Positions 55,172 to 62,364 of a stretch of 64,000 bases of DNA are shown here, piece after piece (positions within the stretch are counted from its first letter, which is position 1; each line of letters starts with the position of its first letter). Made by a program: the position numbers and the translations under genes. The notes beneath the pieces are model-generated. The model did no database searches, was not told the DNA's origin, and saw only the letters and a list, made by a program, of their open reading frames with translations. Origin of the DNA: Fidelibacterota bacterium (GTDB lineage Bacteria > Fidelibacterota > Marinisomatia > Marinisomatales > JABMOV01); assembly GCA_046861395.1 (NCBI GenBank), contig JBHHUC010000005.1, positions 4,948 to 68,947 on the forward strand, in the 5' to 3' direction.

Positions 55172-55996
55172 TTAGAATAAGGACAGAACGACTTGCGGCG
55201 AAGAATTCGCCTGAACCAGAGAGGCTACCGCAGTCTGCTGTAATATCTGTAGCTTCATCACCTCCATCTGTTCTTTCGCGAAGTCAGCATCCTCAATCAC
55301 GCTACGCGCCGACTCCGTATTCGTAATGGCCACCGCCAGGTTTGATTCCTTGGCCGAGAGGCGGGATTTGAATTCTCCCACATCCTGGACACGACCGGCC
55401 AGGGTGTCAATTGCCGTGCTAAGGGTGCTGATGGCGGCACTGGCACTGGCAGCCGATGATACATTCACACTGTCGATACTGAGATCAGCTGAATCAGCAC
55501 CATTCAAGGTAACCGACAATTCATCCGTTGCACCTTCGCCAGTATGGAATGCTTTACTAGAATAGGATCCATCAATGAGCGCGGTTCCGTTAAAGGATGT
55601 TTCAGTTACGATCGCGTCTATTTCCGAAATCAGAGCGCTGACCTGGTCGTTGATGGCTGAACGCTGGGTGCTGGACAAAGACACATCCGAGGCCTGGGTG
55701 GCCTTTTCCTTCATGGTCTGCAATAGATCCATGATGGTTTGATAACCACCTTCCGCAATGTTCAATACATTCTTGGCCGTACCGACATTTGCCAGGGCCA
55801 CTTCCAGTCCACGACGACGACGTTCCAAACCGCGTGCGATCTGGTAGCCGGCTGGGTCCTCTTCCGTGGAGTTGATTCGTTTACCGGTTGCAAGACGTAA
55901 TTGTCGCATTGCAATCTTGCCATTAATATCCGAGAGTGAACTCAGAGACTGCATCGCCGGAACATTGGCGCCGATTTTTGTTAAGTCACTAGCCAT
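55172..55996 (-). CDS. fliC: flagellin (short form), copy 1
   Basis: The N-terminus is 'LRLATGKRINSTEEDPAGYQIARGL...' and the C-terminus 'DADFAKEQMEVMKLQILQQTAVASLVQAN.SPQVVLSLF'. The start at 55996 (MASDL) is preceded by AAGGAG, though the ORF is open to 56056. Confidence 0.93.
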   Translation of the reverse strand: MASDLTKIGANVPAMQSLSSLSDINGKIAMRQLRLATGKRINSTEEDPAGYQIARGLERRRRGLEVALANVGTAKNVLNIAEGGYQTIMDLLQTMKEKATQASDVSLSSTQRSAINDQVSALISEIDAIVTETSFNGTALIDGSYSSKAFHTGEGATDELSVTLNGADSADLSIDSVNVSSAASASAAISTLSTAIDTLAGRVQDVGEFKSRLSAKESNLAVAITNTESARSVIEDADFAKEQMEVMKLQILQQTAVASLVQANSSPQVVLSLF

Positions 55997-56105
55997 GTGA
56001 ACTCCTTTTGTTATTGTTAACTTCCTTGTTATCAGACGGCAGTTTTTTATTGACATGGGAACCGTCTGCCTTCCGGCATGTCAATCGTTGTTGGTTTCAG
56101 TGTTA

Positions 56106-56132
56106 TTATCGGAGGATTGACGGGGCCCTTTA
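56106..56132 (-). promoter_or_regulatory. sigma28 promoter for flagellin 1
   Basis: The minus strand reads TAAAGGGC-N11-TCCGATAA. The leader is about 100 nt. Confidence 0.7.
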
Positions 56133-56209
56133 TTCCGCTGGACGGCCTGATAAAATTGATGGGGAAAAAAGATGATTTAACGGTTTTTGATAAAAATCAG
56201 TAATAATGA

Positions 56210-56241
56210 TAAAAAGAAAAGCCCTCATTTCGAGGGCTTTT
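56210..56241 (-). terminator. intrinsic terminator after HTH paralog 2
   Basis: AAAAGCCCTC-gaaat-GAGGGCTTTTCTTTTT on the minus strand. The flanking A and T runs make it potentially bidirectional. Confidence 0.8.
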
Positions 56242-56264
56242 CAAGCGCAGGGTTGTTGTGTGCG

Positions 56265-56459
56265 TTAGTGTTTCAACTCATTCAGTTTTTCCGTCAGAAT
56301 TTCATCGAACATGCGATCAATATGTTCCTGTTTCATTTTCCATTGACCTCCGAGTTTTAACGCAGGGATTGTACCATTCTGGACCAGGCGATAAATCGTT
56401 TGTTCCTTGATCTTCAGATACTGCGCTGCCTCTTTTATTCCCATGATGTCATTTGCCAT
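56265..56459 (-). CDS. excisionase/MerR-type helix-turn-helix protein (paralog 2)
   Basis: 'MGIKEAAQYLKIKEQTIYRLVQNGTIPALKLGGQWKM'. It starts 45 nt after the flagellin-2 stop with AAAGGA as SD and no intervening hairpin. Confidence 0.75.
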   Translation of the reverse strand: MANDIMGIKEAAQYLKIKEQTIYRLVQNGTIPALKLGGQWKMKQEHIDRMFDEILTEKLNELKH

Positions 56460-56504
56460 AGGACGGTCCTTTCATCACGTTCTTTTAATTGATATTCCGA
56501 TCGG

Positions 56505-57332
56505 TTAACCGAAGAGAGAAAGAACAACCTGCGGGGATGCATTAGCCTGTGCCAAGGAGGCGACGGCTGTCTGTTGCAGGATCTGCAACTTCATGACTTC
56601 CATCTGCTCTTTTGCAAAGTCGGCATCTTCCACCAGGCTGCGAGCTTCCTCGGTATTGGTGATCGCAACCGCCAGGGTCTGCTCCTTGGCAGTCAGACGG
56701 GATTTAAATTCTCCCACATCCTGCAAACGACTGGCCAGGGTGTCGATTGCCGTGCCCAGGGTGCCAATGGCGGCACTGGCACTGGCGGCCGTTGATAGGC
56801 TTACCGTGCTGATTGTAAGATCGGCTGAATCCGCACCGTTCAAGGTAACTGACAATTCATTTGACGCCCCTTCGCCAGTATGGAATTTCTTGGCTGAATA
56901 TGAACCATCAATGAGTGCAACACCGTTAAAGGATGTTTCGGTAACAATGGCATCAATTTCCGAAATCAGAGCACCGACTTGATCGTTAATAGCTGAACGC
57001 TGGGTGCTGGACAAAGATACATCCGCAGCCTGAGTGGCTTTTTCTTTCATGGTCTGTAACAGATCCATGATGGTTTGATAGCCGCCTTCGGCAATGTTCA
57101 ATACATTCTTGGCCGTACCGACATTTGCCAATGCAACTTCCAGCCCGCGACGACGACTTTCCAATCCGCGAGCAATTTGATAACCGGCCGGATCTTCTTC
57201 CGTAGAATTGATCTTTTTTCCGGTTGCCAGGCGTAACTGGTGCATGCCAATTTTCCGGTTGATTGAGGATAATGAGCCTAAGGATTGTAAGGCTTCTATA
57301 TTGGCACCGATTCGTGTTAAATCACTTCCCAT
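56505..57332 (-). CDS. fliC: flagellin (short form), copy 2
   Basis: Nearly colinear with copy 1, with the same N- and C-terminal blocks. The start at 57332 (MGSDL) is preceded by GGAGG, and the upstream ATG at 57344 lies inside that SD. Confidence 0.93.
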   Translation of the reverse strand: MGSDLTRIGANIEALQSLGSLSSINRKIGMHQLRLATGKKINSTEEDPAGYQIARGLESRRRGLEVALANVGTAKNVLNIAEGGYQTIMDLLQTMKEKATQAADVSLSSTQRSAINDQVGALISEIDAIVTETSFNGVALIDGSYSAKKFHTGEGASNELSVTLNGADSADLTISTVSLSTAASASAAIGTLGTAIDTLASRLQDVGEFKSRLTAKEQTLAVAITNTEEARSLVEDADFAKEQMEVMKLQILQQTAVASLAQANASPQVVLSLFG

Positions 57333-57420
57333 AGTGACCTCCATGTTGTTTTTTATGACTTCCTTGTCTTCGGGCGCTGTGAAGCTCCCGACAGTCGGCG
57401 ATTTCCATCACCTGCTAACA

Positions 57421-57447
57421 ACATCGGAGAAAATTCAGGAAACTTTA
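57421..57447 (-). promoter_or_regulatory. sigma28 promoter for flagellin 2 - HTH operon
   Basis: The minus strand reads TAAAGTTT-N11-TCCGATGT. The -35 element is perfect. Confidence 0.75.
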
Positions 57448-57556
57448 GGATTATTTCATCGGAAACAGAAAAAAACAGCACTTTTCGCCAAAACCATAGA
57501 GAAAAGAAGAAAATATTGTATTTTATATTAAAGTCTGTTGTTAAATATCTATTCTA

Positions 57557-60500
57557 TCATACATTTCCATTCAATTGATGCATCACGCTGTGTGTCCGTT
57601 TGGCTTGCAGGATGAATGTTTCTAGCCTTGCTTCGATGACCTGAGGAAACGGATTCCCATCGCTCTCGATAGCCAAAAACGGCAGATTGGGAATTTCCTC
57701 CAGTAGTTTGCGTGTGAAATCATCCTTTCGGAAGCGTTGAACATGATCCTGGTCCATCCCCAGGTTCAACAGCGCTTCACTGAGCCGGTTAGGCATACAA
57801 CCGAAGGGGCCTATGGCCACGGCACCGCAATACTTGCTTCCCACCTCCGCAAACGGTCCTCCGGTGGTTAAAATAGCTTCTCCCGGCAAATTTCGCGATA
57901 AAAACATCTCACCCGCTGCCACGATATGGTCTATATCGATAAAGTGGGGAGAAATCCATCCTGATTTTGCCAACAATTTTTTCAATTTGCGCTCAATTCG
58001 ACCTTTGAGCTGACGTTCGATGGCTTTTCCAAGTCTTTCTTTCCATCCTTCTGCCTCGGTTAGTAATCGTTCCTTATGTAGCCAGTCCACATACATGCCC
58101 CATTCATGAATGGGGGCTACCAGCGGTATGATTCCGGCTTTCACCAGGCGTTCTGGTAACCATCGGCGCGAAAGCCCTTCTTTGCGAACATAGATTTCAC
58201 CTACAACAAGAACCTGTGGTGTCTCGGATAAGGGCTGTTTCTGCGGAACCGTCGCCAGAAGCATTGCCGCTTCCTCCACGGCAGGGTTCAAGTGGTCGAA
58301 ATCAGTTTTCAAGGCATTGATGATCGTTGCCCAGGCCTGCTCAAATATTTTCCTGGCCCGGGGCCAGGAATGTGCCAACACCTGCATCGTATAGAAAATA
58401 TCTTCAAACAGATCGGCCAGGATCACGGCCTGCCAGATTCGTTGCGTAATTTTCTTTCCCAGACCGCCATAACCATCCTGCGAGGACATGGTGAAAAAAG
58501 AAACATCCCTAACCTTGTTTTTCTGAACATAATCACGCCAGAAGTCCCGATATTGACCAAAGCGGCAGGGGCCGTCGGCAGTTGGAACAAAATATATGGA
58601 TATTTCATCCGGTTCCCGTTCCTCTTTCAGATATTTAATAAAGGCACCTGTTGTAATCTGAAGCGGGAGACATTCCTTGCAGGTAGTGTTTCCCCGTCCA
58701 AGTTTCAGTTCCTCTTCCGTTGATTCTGGCATTACAACCGTTTTTACACCCATGCCGCTGTAACTCGCACCTATCGCTTCCGAGGAAAATCGTCCCATGC
58801 TACAGAAGATCAACTTTACTCTGGGGTCGAAGAGATCAGTGACCTCACCCTCCGAAGTGACAATCGTATATGTTCCCTTGTGCAGCCATGATTCCGCCGG
58901 CCGGAAGGGCTTTTCTTTCTGCGTCACTAACGATGGTTGAATTTTTCGATAGCGGGCAACGATATCGAGGAAAGCCTCAATTCGGGTTTCAAGACCGGCA
59001 TCAGCAGTATGATTATCCAATTCCAGAGTCAGGGATGGTTTTTTCTCCAAAATATCACGAAAGTATCCCACAATGAATGAATCGGGGCCACAACTGAAAT
59101 TGGTAATGAAGGTTCCGAATAGCTGAGGATGGTGTTTGATAAATTCCGCCCCCTTCAGGTTGAATTGTCCCATCCCCCAGAACATATGATCTTTCACCGG
59201 TTGATCGGCCAGTTCCAAACAGTCCACGGGAATGATGGTGTAACCGCGAGAGGCAAACTTATGGGGAATCCCCTTATTCGCCTCCGGGGCAAAGGCATTG
59301 TAGGGTCGGCCAAACAGAATGACACCGATACGGTCCGGCTCCTGTTCCACCTGTGCCAGTGCTTCCTGGCCCAGGTTTAGCATGGCAGCAAAAACTTTCT
59401 GCTGAACATCACTGGCTTGCTCGAAGGCTTTGTCGATTTGGTCTTCCGATACCTTCAGACTCAGAGCCAGGCTGCGTAAACCTTTCCGCTGTGTTTTCAT
59501 CGAATCGGAAAAGTTGATGACCGGCGATAAAATCAATGGTGCCGACGCCCTACGGAACAGAAACGTGTTGTTCAGGTAATACGGTTCCCCCTGAACCAGA
59601 GGACAGGTCCGGGCCGGGTTGTAACCGTTTTTTACGAAAATCCCGGTAACATGCGGCAGAAAGACATAATCCGTATCCTTGGACATTAAATTATGAAAAC
59701 ACCCGTGAGAAATTTCACAGGGATAACAAAAGGCGGCAGCACACTGGTCGATGCCCTCCTGGGATACTTCATCCGATAATACCGGTCGCATACCCAGAGA
59801 CACAAAAAAGTGTGCCCACAGCGGATAATACGTATTCATGAGCAGGGAGCGCATAATGCCCACTGTTGGCGCGGTGTCGGGGAGAATATTGAGATCGGGC
59901 GCAAAGGTTTCGTAGATCAATTTCTGTCGCTTTACAACATAATCATGTTGTCCCGGTTCGATCCTAATCTTGTGCCGCAGATTATAAAAACGGTTGCAAG
60001 CTCCACCAAACGGAATGGTCTTGCCTTCGATTACAATTCGATTGATCTCACAGCCCAGATCACATTTTTCTTTACCACCGAAGCAGTTGATGGATTTCTT
60101 ATACTCAACGTCCCTGTTGATGAGTGTTTCGAGATTAAAGCTCTTTGGTTCCAGGAGTCCTTTCTCCACCCGATGTAACACTTCCAATGCCACACCATAG
60201 GCACCCATGAGCCCCGGCTCAGGTGGAACAACGATTTCCTTTCCCGAAAGGGCCGCCATTGCCATGGGAATGGCCCGATTGTAACACACGCCGCCTTGCA
60301 TAAACACCTTGCGGCCCACGGGACGGGCCCCCTTCACTCGGTTAACGTAATTCATACAAATTGAATACACTAGTCCGGCCAGAATATCTTCTTTCGGTAT
60401 GCCTTCCTGAGAAGTGCTTTGGATATCAGACGATATGAAGGCGGCACATTGATCATTGAAATTCGGCGGACGTTTTCCTTCCAGGGCCCAATCGGCGATT

Positions 60501-61873
60501 TCCTCCATAGGTATTCCCAGGGTTTCAAACGCTGATTCTTCCAGAAACGACCCGGTTCCGGCCGAACATGCTTCATTCATGGCATAATCACTGGCCACAC
60601 CATTGGTAATAAAAGTGTACTTGGCATCCTGCCCGCCGATTTCAAATATGGTATCAACATCCTTGTCAAAGTGAATGGCCGCCTCGGCATGAGCAATGAT
60701 TTCATTGATGACACCATCGGTTTGCGCGTGTAGTCCCGCAATTTTCCGGCCTGACCCAGTAACGCCCAAACCAAAAATATCGACCTTTACACCGCCCAAC
60801 CTCCCCAGCAGTACCCGGTAACAATTGCGAGAAGCCGCGACCGGATCACCATTGGTCCGCAAATATTCCGAAGCAATGATCTTCAGGTCCCGCTCCCGTA
60901 ACAGAACTGCTTTGGTGGTCGTGCTCCCAACATCCAGCCCAAGGATGCACCGATCTCCCTCTTTGGGTGTACCGCGATCCAATGACTTAAAAACAACTTG
61001 ATCCCGGAAATTCATTAAGGGGGGATGGAAATCAAAACGGGTGCCGGTCTCATTAAATAGAGTATCGATTTCACCCCAGGCACGACTTCCGTTCTTCAAG
61101 CCCCAGATGCCAGCGCCCAGTGCTTCAAAATAGGTTGCTTCATCTGGAATAATAACATTCTCAATTTTAGTTTTGATATAATCGATCATGGGTGATATCT
61201 GTGTTGTACCTCCCACGATCATAACCGAATTCTTGTCTGTACTTTTGAGTAACTCCAAAACTTTCTGGGCCATCATCTGGCTCAGACCAGCCACAACCTT
61301 ACCTTTTGGAACTCCGATGTTTGTGGCATGGGTGCAGTCACTCTTACAAAATACGGAACAGCGTCCGGAAACATGGTGGGGGTCTTCATTTCGGCTCAAA
61401 CGAATGGCATCATCCAGAGAAACATCCATACGGCGAATCTGCTGGAGAAAAAATTCGCCGGTGCCTGAGGCACATTTGTTTCCGGTATAAACTCGGGTGA
61501 TCCGACCTTTCTTATCCAGGCTATAAACGATGAATGTTTCACCTCCGGCACTTATCAGGGCATCTATGGGGGGACCACCATTATACACATGTTCCAAGGC
61601 AATTTCAATTGCACGTGGTTCCGAAATATTATCGAAATTTAGACAATCCTTGAAGCGGCGGCCGGTAACACTCACCTTTGTCTCAGGCGACAAACGGGCC
61701 TTCTTCAGAACAGTTTTAAGTGTTTCTCTGGGATTCCCTTCATGGGTCAGGGATACTTTTTCCCTGATATCAACTTGGTTGTTATCATCGCTAATAAGCA
61801 CACCGGTTATCGTCGATGCGCCTACACAGATACCAAATGCAGTTGCCATAAGTCCTCCATTAACTATCCCCAC
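57557..61873 (-). CDS. large BcrAD/BadFG-type (2-hydroxyacyl-CoA dehydratase activase-like) ATPase fusion protein
   Basis: 1438 aa with two acetate/sugar-kinase-fold ATPase modules ('GICVGASTITGV', 'GLDVGSTTTKAVLL', 'EIGGQDAKY'). A ~700-aa C-terminal region resembles the DUF2229/dehydratase-component-like part of 'CoA-substrate-specific enzyme activase' giants. The start may be Met 61849. Confidence 0.7.
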   Translation of the reverse strand: MGIVNGGLMATAFGICVGASTITGVLISDDNNQVDIREKVSLTHEGNPRETLKTVLKKARLSPETKVSVTGRRFKDCLNFDNISEPRAIEIALEHVYNGGPPIDALISAGGETFIVYSLDKKGRITRVYTGNKCASGTGEFFLQQIRRMDVSLDDAIRLSRNEDPHHVSGRCSVFCKSDCTHATNIGVPKGKVVAGLSQMMAQKVLELLKSTDKNSVMIVGGTTQISPMIDYIKTKIENVIIPDEATYFEALGAGIWGLKNGSRAWGEIDTLFNETGTRFDFHPPLMNFRDQVVFKSLDRGTPKEGDRCILGLDVGSTTTKAVLLRERDLKIIASEYLRTNGDPVAASRNCYRVLLGRLGGVKVDIFGLGVTGSGRKIAGLHAQTDGVINEIIAHAEAAIHFDKDVDTIFEIGGQDAKYTFITNGVASDYAMNEACSAGTGSFLEESAFETLGIPMEEIADWALEGKRPPNFNDQCAAFISSDIQSTSQEGIPKEDILAGLVYSICMNYVNRVKGARPVGRKVFMQGGVCYNRAIPMAMAALSGKEIVVPPEPGLMGAYGVALEVLHRVEKGLLEPKSFNLETLINRDVEYKKSINCFGGKEKCDLGCEINRIVIEGKTIPFGGACNRFYNLRHKIRIEPGQHDYVVKRQKLIYETFAPDLNILPDTAPTVGIMRSLLMNTYYPLWAHFFVSLGMRPVLSDEVSQEGIDQCAAAFCYPCEISHGCFHNLMSKDTDYVFLPHVTGIFVKNGYNPARTCPLVQGEPYYLNNTFLFRRASAPLILSPVINFSDSMKTQRKGLRSLALSLKVSEDQIDKAFEQASDVQQKVFAAMLNLGQEALAQVEQEPDRIGVILFGRPYNAFAPEANKGIPHKFASRGYTIIPVDCLELADQPVKDHMFWGMGQFNLKGAEFIKHHPQLFGTFITNFSCGPDSFIVGYFRDILEKKPSLTLELDNHTADAGLETRIEAFLDIVARYRKIQPSLVTQKEKPFRPAESWLHKGTYTIVTSEGEVTDLFDPRVKLIFCSMGRFSSEAIGASYSGMGVKTVVMPESTEEELKLGRGNTTCKECLPLQITTGAFIKYLKEEREPDEISIYFVPTADGPCRFGQYRDFWRDYVQKNKVRDVSFFTMSSQDGYGGLGKKITQRIWQAVILADLFEDIFYTMQVLAHSWPRARKIFEQAWATIINALKTDFDHLNPAVEEAAMLLATVPQKQPLSETPQVLVVGEIYVRKEGLSRRWLPERLVKAGIIPLVAPIHEWGMYVDWLHKERLLTEAEGWKERLGKAIERQLKGRIERKLKKLLAKSGWISPHFIDIDHIVAAGEMFLSRNLPGEAILTTGGPFAEVGSKYCGAVAIGPFGCMPNRLSEALLNLGMDQDHVQRFRKDDFTRKLLEEIPNLPFLAIESDGNPFPQVIEARLETFILQAKRTHSVMHQLNGNV

Positions 61874-62008
61874 CGCACACCGGAGATCATGATCGTGGAA
61901 GGAGGAATAAACAGTAATTACAGCCGCTTGAGGAGCAGGGTTATAAAAAATATACGGTGAATTCTATATAATTCATAAATTTTATTTAATGGCGCCCAAC
62001 TTGTACGG

Positions 62009-62240
62009 TTAACACACGAATTCTATTTTTTCCTTTAGAGCTTCGTTGCCGGCTTCTATCCGATACAAATAGGTGCCGGAGCCCCGGTCATTATATCCGC
62101 CCCATTTCCAAGTTATCAGTTCAGGAAACAACCCGCTTCCCTTAAGCGAGTCCGGGTCTCGCAGCCCTCCGGCCAGCGCAAATAACTCTGACGTGGTCGT
62201 CGGTGAGAAATCCTATACCGAAATGCCGGGTTACCGGGGA
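62009..62240 (-). pseudogene. decayed relic of a T9SS C-terminal sorting domain
   Basis: Hand translation of the minus strand gives '*DFSPTTTSELFALAGG...ITWKWGGYNDRGSGTYLYRIEAGNEALKEKIEFVC*'. There is no start codon, an in-frame stop at 62213-62215, and 'PGNPAF' in another frame just upstream. Compare the intact CTD of the neighbour: 'NPFNPTTNIDYAL...GTYIYLIQTDGF..AKKMVLLK'. Confidence 0.55.
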
Positions 62241-62292
62241 CCATTCCTATGATCCTTTGTTTTCCCTTGATTTCCCCGTAATGTAGAAACAG

Positions 62293-62344
62293 AAAACCCC
62301 TGCTGGGGAAGAGCAGGGGTTTTCAGGCATACCGTAGGGTATGC
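62293..62344 (-). terminator. intrinsic terminator (two tandem hairpins) after the T9SS cargo gene
   Basis: On the minus strand, GCATACC-ctac-GGTATGC is followed by AAAACCCCTGCT-cttcccc-AGCAGGGGTTTTCTGTTTCT. Confidence 0.85.
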
Positions 62345-62364
62345 AGTACAGGGTGAAAAAGGGG

